Positions 17,039 to 25,204 of a DNA stretch of 64,000 nucleotides are shown piece after piece. Source of the stretch: Vicinamibacteria bacterium (lineage in GTDB: Bacteria; Acidobacteriota; Vicinamibacteria; Marinacidobacterales; Marinacidobacteraceae); the NCBI GenBank assembly GCA_964291235.2, contig OZ219816.1, positions 1,312,001 through 1,376,000 of the forward strand. Reading direction: 5' to 3'. How positions within the stretch are numbered: position 1 is the stretch's first letter; each line of letters starts with the position of its first letter. The position numbers were made by a program, and so were the translations under genes. The notes beneath the pieces were generated by a model. It had not been told where the DNA came from, made no database searches, and saw only the letters and a program-made list of their open reading frames with translations.

Positions 17039-19470
17039 GCGGGGCGCTCCATCTGGCGGGCGAGGGCGGCGAGGCCGCCGGTGAGGCCGTGCGCCGCGAC
17101 CGCTTCGGCGCGCCGCTCGGCGTCGGTGGGGGAGGACGTGTAGAGCCAGTAGCTCTCGGGGTCCACGTGGAGCCGGAGCACGCCGGCGGCCTGCGAGCGC
17201 CGCAGGTAGAGCTCCTGCTTGGGGACGAGCTGGCGGATGGTGGCCATCTCCGTCTCGTTGAGGCGGAAGATCTCGCCGACCTGGTCGGGCAGGTCGGGGT
17301 TGGCCAGGAACAGTTTCGTCGGCATGGACTCGAGGAGCCCCTTGGCCGCCGGGGTGGCGGTCACGTCGATCGCCGACTGGGTGGCGAGGACGAGGGCGGC
17401 GTTGCGCTTGCGCCAGGTCTTCGCGGCCTCCGCGAGGTAGGCGAGGATGGCGGGGTCCTTGAGGTACCGCCAGGCCTCGTCGACGACCATCAGCTTGACG
17501 CGGGCGGCCTCGGCCGGGTTGTCGAGGGCGAGGCGCATGCGCTCGAGGAGGTAGAAGAGCGCGGCCTCGCAGAGATCCTCGTGCTCGGCGGCGCCCGCGA
17601 GGTCGATGACCTGCCAGTCCTGGAGCTGGAGTTCGTCGGCGCCGGGGTTGTCGAAATAGGCGGCCCAGGCCCCGTTGCCGTGCCAGCGGCTCATCGCGGG
17701 CCACATCGCTTTCGGAAGCGAGGAGACGAAGGCGGAGAGCGAGCGCTGGGACTCCGGGAAGGCGTAGAGGTCCTCGACGCGGCTCCGGAGCTCCGACGGA
17801 TCCCGTCCGCTGAGCTGGTAGCCGCCGATCTTGAGCAGGCGGGTGATCCAGCCGGTGAGGAACTGGAAGGTGCGCTCACCGGGCGGCAGGGAGAAGGGCT
17901 TGAGGGCGAGCGCGCCGTCGGCGCGCTCGGGCGCGAGCTGCAGGTAGCCGCCGCCCAGGAACTGGGTGAGCCACCGGTAGCTGCCGCCGAGGTCCAGGAT
18001 GAGGACCCGCGGCTGGTACTGGAGGGCCTGGACGAGCAGGAAGTTGAGCGTGAAGCTCTTGCCCGCGCCGGTGGCCCCGAGGATGAGCGTGTGGCCGACG
18101 TCGGCCCCCGCGAAGAGGTCGTAGTGGTACGAGGTCTTCCAGGGCGTCTCGAAGGTGGCGAGCGCCGGCCGGGAGAGGTGCTTGCTGGTCCGGTGGCCGC
18201 GCGGAGGCCCGAAGAGCGGGGCGAGGCAGGCCGCGACGCCGGCGCTCGCGAAGACGGAGCGGATCTGGCGCTTCCGCGGCATCGCGGGCATGCGGGCGAA
18301 CCAGCTGGCGAGCTGCCCGTAGCCCTCGCGGATGAGCTTCGCGTCGCACCCGGCGAAGATCCGGCGCAGTTCGGCGTCCAGCCGCTCGGTCTCCGCCAGC
18401 GGGCCGTGCAGCGCGACGGTCAGCGACACGTCGCCGTAGCCGACGCCGTCGGCCTCCAGTTCGACCAGGGCGCCCCCGAGACGGTCCGCCTCGGCGTCGG
18501 CGGCCGCATCGACCATGGCGGAGGCCGTGCCTTCGGTGTCCTGCATGTGCGCCGACATCGAGTAGCGCTTCGAGAAGTAGTGGCGCTGCGCGCTCCGGAT
18601 CTTCCGCCGGGCGGCCTCGAGGGCGTAGGGACGCCACTCGAGCGAGAGCGTGAACCGCGCCTCCATGCGGGCGAGTTCGTAGAGGAGGTTGGCGCGGGCG
18701 GTCGCCGGCGGCGAGAGCAGCGAGTAGAGGATGACGGGCTCGCCGTCCAGCCGGAGGTGCCGGCGCTCGGCCTCGAGTTCGGAGAGCGGCAGCCGCCAGT
18801 TCAGGGCGCTGGGGGCGGCGTTGCCCTGCCACTCCAGGCCGGGGCGGTTGACGAGTTCGCTGAGGAAGGGGGTGGCCTCCGCCGCCGGCAGCAGCCGGAG
18901 CGGCGTGACCTCGTTGGTGAGCGCGGCCGAGGCCTCGACGAGCTGGCGGAAGCGGGTGGCGGCCTGGCGCACCTCGGCGAGCAGGTAGACGGACTCGTGG
19001 GGGTTGCGGCGGGCGCGGAGCCAGTTGCGCGCCGACTCGACGAGCCAGTGGCCGCCCCGGGGGCCGGTGCGGCCCGCCGGCTCGAGCCGGGGGTTGTGGC
19101 TCCAGACGACGAACGTCCGGAGGTCGTGGATCCGGGAGAGGAGGAAGTCGCGCCGGTTGCTCTGGGACAGGGCGGCGACGCCGTCAAGGCCGTTGACCTC
19201 CGGCAGGACGCCGGGCCGCCGGAGCAGGTAGAAGTAGAGGCGGGTATCGGTATCGAGGGAGGAGAGCAGGCGCTGCCAGCGGTTGAGGATCCGGTCGAGC
19301 TGCTCGGGGGTGCGGCCGTCCAGGACGGCGGGCTCCAGTTCGGCGGCCGCCAGGAGCTCGCCGGCGCGGGTGATGCAGAAGGGGTGCTCCTTCAGCCAGC
19401 CCCAGTAGGGCAGCTCGTCGGCGAGCGCGCCCGCCGCGGCGAAGTCCTGCTGCTCGGCCTTGAGGTTCAT
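17035..19470 (-). CDS. virB4: VirB4/TrbE ATPase
   Basis: GHTLILGATGAGKSF, LILDLGGSY, MVVDEAWRYL and WRKRNAALVLATQS. Confidence 0.93.
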   Translation of the reverse strand: MNLKAEQQDFAAAGALADELPYWGWLKEHPFCITRAGELLAAAELEPAVLDGRTPEQLDRILNRWQRLLSSLDTDTRLYFYLLRRPGVLPEVNGLDGVAALSQSNRRDFLLSRIHDLRTFVVWSHNPRLEPAGRTGPRGGHWLVESARNWLRARRNPHESVYLLAEVRQAATRFRQLVEASAALTNEVTPLRLLPAAEATPFLSELVNRPGLEWQGNAAPSALNWRLPLSELEAERRHLRLDGEPVILYSLLSPPATARANLLYELARMEARFTLSLEWRPYALEAARRKIRSAQRHYFSKRYSMSAHMQDTEGTASAMVDAAADAEADRLGGALVELEADGVGYGDVSLTVALHGPLAETERLDAELRRIFAGCDAKLIREGYGQLASWFARMPAMPRKRQIRSVFASAGVAACLAPLFGPPRGHRTSKHLSRPALATFETPWKTSYHYDLFAGADVGHTLILGATGAGKSFTLNFLLVQALQYQPRVLILDLGGSYRWLTQFLGGGYLQLAPERADGALALKPFSLPPGERTFQFLTGWITRLLKIGGYQLSGRDPSELRSRVEDLYAFPESQRSLSAFVSSLPKAMWPAMSRWHGNGAWAAYFDNPGADELQLQDWQVIDLAGAAEHEDLCEAALFYLLERMRLALDNPAEAARVKLMVVDEAWRYLKDPAILAYLAEAAKTWRKRNAALVLATQSAIDVTATPAAKGLLESMPTKLFLANPDLPDQVGEIFRLNETEMATIRQLVPKQELYLRRSQAAGVLRLHVDPESYWLYTSSPTDAERRAEAVAAHGLTGGLAALARQMERPA

Positions 19471-19760
19471 TACTCGAGGAGGTCGAGGTGCCAACGGGCC
19501 GGCTTGCCGGCGTCGTAGCGGGTGTGCGTCTCGGCGCTCGCCTTGACGATGGAGAGCATGTTGGGGTCCTCGCGCCAGGCGAGCAGACCGAGGCCGTAGA
19601 GGACGAGGAAGATCACGCCGCCGGTGAGGAGCGAGTTGATGGCGTTCCACATCGCCATGCCCAGGGTGCCGGCGAGCAGGAACCACCGCCTCTCGACGCC
19701 CATGATGGTGAGCGGCCGGCTCAGGGCGGGGTGGCCGTGCCAGGCGCGCCTGCCGGTCAC
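19470..19760 (-). CDS. virB3: VirB3/TrbD
   Basis: ALSRPLTIMGVERR, two TM segments and DP; abuts virB4. Confidence 0.85.
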   Translation of the reverse strand: MTGRRAWHGHPALSRPLTIMGVERRWFLLAGTLGMAMWNAINSLLTGGVIFLVLYGLGLLAWREDPNMLSIVKASAETHTRYDAGKPARWHLDLLE

Positions 19761-19773
19761 GGCTCAGCGCCGA

Positions 19774-19818
19774 CCGTATGCACGGTCAATACCGGATGTC
19801 GTCATACGATGCATACGA
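19774..19818. promoter_or_regulatory. GTATG/CATAC cluster between virB2 and virB3
   Basis: GTATGCACGGTCAATACCGG (19776-19795) matches 2858-2877 at 19/20 positions. Confidence 0.65.
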
Positions 19819-19846
19819 GCACTAGTCCCTGTTGGCGGTGGGCGCT

Positions 19847-20143
19847 CTAGGTGAACCAGTCCAGGAAGTTGCCCGCGGCCATCGTCATGCCGAGGCCGAA
19901 GATGATCCCGGCGATCGCCTTCTTGGAGCCGCCCTCCCCGAAGGCGAACATCAGCCCGCCGATCACGATCGCGATGAGCGACAGGCCGCGCGCGATCGGG
20001 CCGGTGAAGGCGGTCTGGATGACGTTGACCGCGTTTTCCCAGGGGCTGGTGCCCGCCTTCCCGGCAAACGCCGTGCCCGGGACGAGCATGGCGGCAGCCG
20101 CCAGGGTCAGGAAAACGAAGAGACGTGAGGGGATGCGCTTCAT
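19847..20143 (-). CDS. virB2: VirB2/TrbC pilin
   Basis: Signal peptide, then PWENAVNVIQTAFTGPIARGLSLIAIVIGGLMFAFGE; RBS AGGAGG. Confidence 0.9.
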   Translation of the reverse strand: MKRIPSRLFVFLTLAAAAMLVPGTAFAGKAGTSPWENAVNVIQTAFTGPIARGLSLIAIVIGGLMFAFGEGGSKKAIAGIIFGLGMTMAAGNFLDWFT

Positions 20144-20165
20144 GGCAGGGACCTCCTGGTCTGGA

Positions 20166-20483
20166 CTATTCGGTGAAGTCGCCCTGCTCCTGTTCGGCAA
20201 GGCGGCGGGAAAGCTCGGGATCGCCGTCGCCGCGGCGCACCGAGCGCTCCGCGAGGTCGACCTTCCGGCCGATGTCGTAGAGGCCCAGGCTCCGCAGGAT
20301 CCCCGCGGCGGCGACGACGGCGGCGAGGAACGCGCTCCCCGCGTAGGCGGTGACCGGCCACCAGTACTCGGTGACGATGACCCGCCGGTAGGGGGCCAGA
20401 TAATCAAAGTGCGACGCCGCGAAGAAGACGACGGCGGCCGTGAGGGCGACGCCGACGCCGAGGCTGATCTTCCAGGGATGCAC
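20166..20483 (-). CDS. Small two-TM hypothetical protein
   Basis: Two hydrophobic helices and a charged tail; fills the gap before virB2. Confidence 0.6.
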   Translation of the reverse strand: MHPWKISLGVGVALTAAVVFFAASHFDYLAPYRRVIVTEYWWPVTAYAGSAFLAAVVAAAGILRSLGLYDIGRKVDLAERSVRRGDGDPELSRRLAEQEQGDFTE

Positions 20484-20484
20484 G

Positions 20485-21387
20485 TCAGATCTCCATGAGT
20501 TCCGGCGGCCGCGGGTCGCGCCCGCTGCCCCCCCGCTGTGGTCTTGCCGCCTCCCGGAACGCCTTCGCGACCTTCGCGATCATCCGCCCGGCCTTGCCGT
20601 TCGCGCCGTGGAGCGCGAACCCGGCGGCGGCCTTGGCCGCGACCGCGCCCGCGTTGTAGTGCTAGGTGGTGACCTCGATGTTCACCCGCCCGAACGTGTC
20701 GCGGCCGCCGGCATCGGCGGCGGCGTATTCGAGCTGCGCGTCCGGGAAGGACACCGCCCCCTCCGGAGTGTGGGGGAGTCCGAGTTCGGCGGCCGCGCGA
20801 CGCCGTTCCTGGTCCGCGGCCTCGCGCCCCGCCCGGGCGCGGGCCCGTTCGCTCCGCCGCACCACGGCGCTCCGCAGCTCGGCGTCGAGCCGGACGCGGA
20901 CCGCCGTGACGCCCTTCGCGGCGAGTTCCTCCCGGGCGGCCAGGACCGCGCGGTAGACGGCGACGTCGTGCGCGAGGTTCTTGCGGCGTTCGATCCCGCT
21001 CCAGAAGCGCTGGTCCTCGGCGTAGCCGCGGTCGGCCGCGGCGTCCCCGGCCTCCCTCGCGCCTTTCGGGGTGGCGGCCAACACGGTGAAGGAGCCACCG
21101 TTGGGGCCGTCGGCCTGGTGCTCCGTCACGAGGCCCTCGCGCTTGAGCCGGTTGATGCCGGCGCGCGCGGCGAAGGGGTGGCCGTCGAAGTGCACGTCCG
21201 CGATGTCCCGGTAGGCCACGGCGCGGTGCGCGCTGATGTCCGCGAGCGCGCCTTTCTCGCGCCGGACGCGGCCGCGGGACCCGCCCTCCCGGGTCCCCTG
21301 TTCCCGGCGGTGGCCCGAGCGCCGCAGTTCGCGGTCGCGGAGGACTTCCGGCCGGTCGGGGCGGCGGGGTTCGGGACGACGGCTCAT
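20485..21387 (-). pseudogene. Replication-relaxation (MOBC-like, PD-(D/E)xK) relaxase with an in-frame TAG at 20662-20664
   Basis: wHTH-like N-terminus, LAHDVAVY and FPDAQLEY..VNIEVTT-TAG-HYNAGAVAAKAAAGF. The frame continues 58 codons to TGA at 20485, 1 nt before the next gene. Confidence 0.6.
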
Positions 21388-21396
21388 CGACGGGGA

Positions 21397-22392
21397 TCAG
21401 CGCCCGGGCGTCATCGCCGGCGCCTGGCGCTGGGCCACGGGGGGCGGAGGAGTCTGGGGAGCACGCTCGGGCGTCGCCCCATCGCGCGCGGCGCGCGCCT
21501 CGCGGGCGATGTCCCGTAGCTCGCCGCGGGCTGGCTTGATGAGGTTCCGCGCGATGCGGTGCCCCTCGGAGGCCGCCCGGTGCATCTCCCGCGGGTCCTC
21601 CCTAAGCGCCTTGAGCCAGGCCTGTTTGTGTTCGTCGCCGTGGTCGGGTTGATAACCGATCCCCAGGCGGTCGCCAGCGGTCATGGTGGCGATCTCGACG
21701 CGGAGTTTTTCGCGGATGTGCCCGTCGCCGTCGAGACCCTCGCTGTGGGTCTGCTTGAAGGTCTCGCGGGCCATCCGGCTCTCATGTCCGGAGGCGTGCG
21801 CCATGTTCCGGAGCGCGGTGCTGTAGTAGTGCTCCGGGCTCCGGAACTGCTTCCGCTCGGGCAGGACCACCTGGTCGTGGTCCTTGCTGTAGTAGTTCTG
21901 GTCGCCGGGGGAGTGCTTGATCTCGACGGCGGAGGCGGCGATCACGGCGTCGGCGCCGCGGTGCGCCTGCCAGTCCGGACGCCGCGGCCGCCGGTCGAGC
22001 TTCAGGCCGCGCACCTGCTCCACGTTGTAGACGATGGAGGTGCGCCAGAGCGGCTTCTGCCCGTTGCGGTCGTCGCGGAAGAGGATCCGTTCGCCCGGGC
22101 CCTTCGGCGGCTGGCCGCCCGCCTTCTTGATCTGGGCGTTCGTGATCCAGCGGTTGTCGGTGAACCCGCGGTCCTGGCCGCGGCTGGCCAGGTAGAGCGC
22201 GTTGCCGCCGGTATAGGCGCGGCCGGTGACGGCGTTCCGGGGCAGGACGGGCTCACCGGCCTTCGCTGCGCGCTGCCAGGGCGCGGTGCCGGCCTCCATC
22301 TGCCGGATGGCGGTCTCGGCGAACTTCCCGTAGTAGCGGCTGGGCGAGTCGATCGCGGGCTTCGGGGAGGGAGAGGTTTTGGCTTCAGCCAT
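21397..22392 (-). CDS. ardC: ArdC-like ssDNA-binding/antirestriction protein with a degenerate zincin motif
   Basis: GTAPWQR, PRNAVTGRAYTGGN and DNRWIT; STALRNMAHASGH in place of HExxH. Confidence 0.85.
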   Translation of the reverse strand: MAEAKTSPSPKPAIDSPSRYYGKFAETAIRQMEAGTAPWQRAAKAGEPVLPRNAVTGRAYTGGNALYLASRGQDRGFTDNRWITNAQIKKAGGQPPKGPGERILFRDDRNGQKPLWRTSIVYNVEQVRGLKLDRRPRRPDWQAHRGADAVIAASAVEIKHSPGDQNYYSKDHDQVVLPERKQFRSPEHYYSTALRNMAHASGHESRMARETFKQTHSEGLDGDGHIREKLRVEIATMTAGDRLGIGYQPDHGDEHKQAWLKALREDPREMHRAASEGHRIARNLIKPARGELRDIAREARAARDGATPERAPQTPPPPVAQRQAPAMTPGR

Positions 22393-22473
22393 GTTGGTTG
22401 CTCCTGGTTCAGGGGTTCGGGACAGCGAGTCGTAGAGCGCCGCCGCGGTGGTCCGGAACGGCGTGTTCGCTGT

Positions 22474-23550
22474 TCATCGTCCGGGCGTCAGGGCCGGCTG
22501 TTGGCGCGCGGGCGTGGGAGGCGTGATGCCGGGCACGCGCATCTCAGTTGCATCCGGAGGCGTGGGGCTGTCGCGCCCGACCTGCTGGATACGTTCCCTG
22601 GCGGGCTCCAGCAGATAACGGGAGATCCGTTCCGCTTCGGCAGCCGCGCGGTAGATCTCGCGAGGTTCGTCGGAAAGAGCCTTGATCCAGCTCTTGACGT
22701 ACGCGGCGCTGTTGCCGTGGCCGCCACGGGGCAGGTGGCCGACGCCGATCCGCTCGCCGGCCATCATGGCGCTGATCTCGGCGCGGAGTTCCTCGCGGGC
22801 GTAGGCGGGGCTGCCGAAACCGGCCTGTACGCCGTTGTAGAAGGTCTTCCGGTCCATGCGGGTCTGATGGCCGGACGCATGGGACAGTTCGTGAAGGGCG
22901 GTTGCGTAGTAGGCCTCCGCGCTGGGGAACTGGCCGCGCGCCGGCAGGACGATCTGGTCGGCCTGCGGGCTGTAGTAGGCGCGGTCGCCCGCGACGTGCC
23001 TGATCGGGACCTTGGCCGTTTCGATGACGGCTTCGGCGGCTTGATGCGCCTGCCAAGCCGCGACCGCCGCTTGCCGTGGGGGAAGGTCCAGATCACGGGT
23101 CTGTTCGACGTTGAACACGGTGTAGACGCGTTGCAAAGGGAATCGTTGTTCGGGGCGTTCATAGACCGGCCGGCCCTCCCCATCGACCAGGTGGCGTCCG
23201 GCTTGGTCCTTCTTCGGAACGAGTTTCTGGGTCCGGAAGAAGACAATGTGTTCGCCTCGTTCGCCCTTGCGGACGTGGCCTCCGGCTTCCCTGATCTGGC
23301 GGTATGTCGCCCAGCGGTTGTCGGTGAACCCGCGCTCCGGACCGCGAAGGGAGAGACGGAGAGCGTTGCCTCCGGTGTAGGCATTGCCGGTGATGGCGTT
23401 CCGGGGTAGCGCCTGCTCGCCAGGCTTCCAGGGACGCTGCCAGGGTGCAGTGCCCGCCTCGATCTGCTTGACGATCGCGGCGGCGAATTGCTCGTGATAT
23501 TCGGTGATGCGGTCCCGCCCGCGGGGAGTGTTGGCTTTGGCAGCGGCCAT
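22474..23550 (-). CDS. ardC: ArdC antirestriction protein (ssDNA-binding plus zincin domain)
   Basis: PWQRPW, YTGGN, RWATYRQI..HVRKGE, TVFNVEQ, ATALHELSHASGH and YAREELRAEI. Confidence 0.92.
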   Translation of the reverse strand: MAAAKANTPRGRDRITEYHEQFAAAIVKQIEAGTAPWQRPWKPGEQALPRNAITGNAYTGGNALRLSLRGPERGFTDNRWATYRQIREAGGHVRKGERGEHIVFFRTQKLVPKKDQAGRHLVDGEGRPVYERPEQRFPLQRVYTVFNVEQTRDLDLPPRQAAVAAWQAHQAAEAVIETAKVPIRHVAGDRAYYSPQADQIVLPARGQFPSAEAYYATALHELSHASGHQTRMDRKTFYNGVQAGFGSPAYAREELRAEISAMMAGERIGVGHLPRGGHGNSAAYVKSWIKALSDEPREIYRAAAEAERISRYLLEPARERIQQVGRDSPTPPDATEMRVPGITPPTPARQQPALTPGR

Positions 23551-23580
23551 GTTGGTTTCTCGCCGGGCGCGGGGGGGGCG

Positions 23581-23799
23581 TCAGTCCCGGTCTTCGTCGG
23601 CCAAATCCAGGAGCTCAGCTGGAAGTTCGCCGAACTCGATGGGGTCGCCGTTCTCGTCGGCGCCGGGGACCCCGAAGGCCGCGATGACCTCGCGTGGGGC
23701 GGCGATGGGCAGCCCACGGTCGAACACGCGAGCGAACTCCTCCTCGGTGTCGACGCTGAGGGCGGGCTTGCCCTCGACGATGATTTCTCGGATTGCCAT
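23581..23799 (-). CDS. Small acidic hypothetical protein
   Basis: 72 aa with 19 D/E versus 6 K/R; RBS AAGGAG. Confidence 0.6.
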   Translation of the reverse strand: MAIREIIVEGKPALSVDTEEEFARVFDRGLPIAAPREVIAAFGVPGADENGDPIEFGELPAELLDLADEDRD

Positions 23800-23816
23800 A
23801 GGTGCTCCTTCCGCGG

Positions 23817-24712
23817 TTAGCGGGATGGCTGCGCCCGCGCCTGCGGGCGCTGGATGTCGAGGAATGCCTTGCGGGTGGTCCGCTCGGCGTAGTAGTGGGG
23901 GTCGTGCTTTTCGCCGGCGCGGCGCTTCTCGAGCGCGGCGATGACCCTCTCCTGGGGGACTCCCTTGCGGAGCTGGTCCTTCGCATAGGCCCAGTCCCGG
24001 GCGGACTGGCTGGTGTCCCGGCCCTCAATCTGACGGCCGGGGGCGGGAGAGCGGTTTGGGGAAAGCTCCACCCTGGGTAGATGCGCGAACGCATGGGGGT
24101 GTGTCGCGCGGCCGGCGTGGTCGGTCCAGCGCACGGGCGCATCGTCCCGCTCCGGCTTCTTGTTGCGGAAGCCCGGGAGCCGCATCACGCGCGCAACGTC
24201 GGCCACCGAGGAGTCCCCGCCGTATTCGGCCGCCAGGCGGCGCATGGTGTCCTCCGCCTCCGGAGCCGTCCAGGCGTCCGGATCCGCGTGCCAGATCACC
24301 TGGTAGTTGTGGCGCGAACTCCGGACCACAGCCGCAGGCGGGGGCAGGGAACCGGCATGCACGTCGGCGAGGACGCGGTGGAGGGACTTGGGGCCGTTGC
24401 GGTCCAGGTCGAGCTGAAGGCGGCGCACCTTCGCCACGTCCTGCTTCTCGCGGCGGCGCCGCTGTGGGTTGACGGGGTTCATCGACACGAAGATGTCGTA
24501 GCCCTGGGCGTTCAGGGCACGAAGCCACGCCTGGAACTTCGGCGCAGTGACGGCTCGCACCTGTCGGATTCGCTGTTCCGGGTGGCGCTCTGCGACCCGG
24601 TCGATCGCGACTAAGGCGAGATGTTCAGTGTCAGCGGGATAGAGCGTCCGGATATACGCCGTGGCCTGGTCCGGATCTTGCGGTGTGTGTGTGTGTGTGT
24701 GTGTGTGGTCAC
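23817..24712 (-). CDS. RepB'-type (RSF1010-like) DNA primase; 5' end interrupted by a (GT)12 tract
   Basis: LNAQGYDIFVSMNP, LQLDLD, VRSSRHNYQVIW, GGD..ARVMRLPGFRNKK and DTSQSARDW. The frame is open upstream of 24560 up to the repeat; the GTG at 24712 is 2 nt out of frame. Confidence 0.8.
24683..24707. repeat. (GT)12G dinucleotide microsatellite
   Basis: Read directly from the sequence. Confidence 0.97.
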
Positions 24713-24838
24713 GGGTTTTGGGTTCGGAACCGGTTATCTATCACACTCCGGGTGGTGATGGCGAATTCGGACACCTGCTCTGGCGACAGTCCGGGTGTTA
24801 CTGAGCCGGTCGGCTGAGCTTTTCGCGTTCGTAGTTGA

Positions 24839-24912
24839 CCCGCCGCGCTAGCGGCGGGAGAGGAAGGGGCCGCGAAGCGGAGCCCGACCGGAGGCGCGCG
24901 ACGAAGTCGCGC
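24839..24912. other. Cluster of short hairpins, putative ssi/primase site of oriV
   Basis: CCCGCCGC-GCTA-GCGGCGGG, CCGC-GAA-GCGG and GCGCGAC-GAA-GTCGCGC, between the iterons and the primase gene. Confidence 0.45.
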
Positions 24913-25068
24913 TCGATGGCACCATCAGGCGGGTGAGGTTAGGGCGGGAGGCCGGATTTTCAAGTCCGGCCGACAGGCCCTTTTTTTCTCCTCCCCCCCT
25001 CCGAAGGGTCGGGGTAGGGGAAGGAGCGAACGGAAGTCATTGGTTTTGCGCGTAAATTCGGGCAAGAA

Positions 25069-25176
25069 CGTGACCGGAGTACACGTCCAGCGTGACCGGA
25101 GTACACGTCCAGCGTGACCGGAGTACACGTCCAGCGTGACCGGAGTACACGTCCAAGCGTGACCGGAGTACACGTC
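25069..25176. repeat. Five tandem 22-bp iterons (putative oriV)
   Basis: CGTGACCGGAGTACACGTCCAG x3, one 23-bp copy and one 19-bp copy, ending 28 bp from the stop of the putative rep. Confidence 0.9.
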
Positions 25177-25204
25177 GCCTAAGCGGGGACGGATTTGCGA
25201 CGTT

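Noticed and set aside
16957-19518. Long + strand ORFs opposite the tra genes (also 5618-7627, 21559-23409, 50740-53058 and others)
   Set aside because: Antisense shadows expected at high GC; they have no motifs and overlap well-supported genes.
20662-20664. Pyrrolysine recoding as a firm call
   Set aside because: A single TAG with no pyl genes in the window; a nonsense mutation or sequence error is more parsimonious.
25069-25176. CRISPR array
   Set aside because: The repeats are head-to-tail with no spacers and no cas genes are present; iterons fit better.
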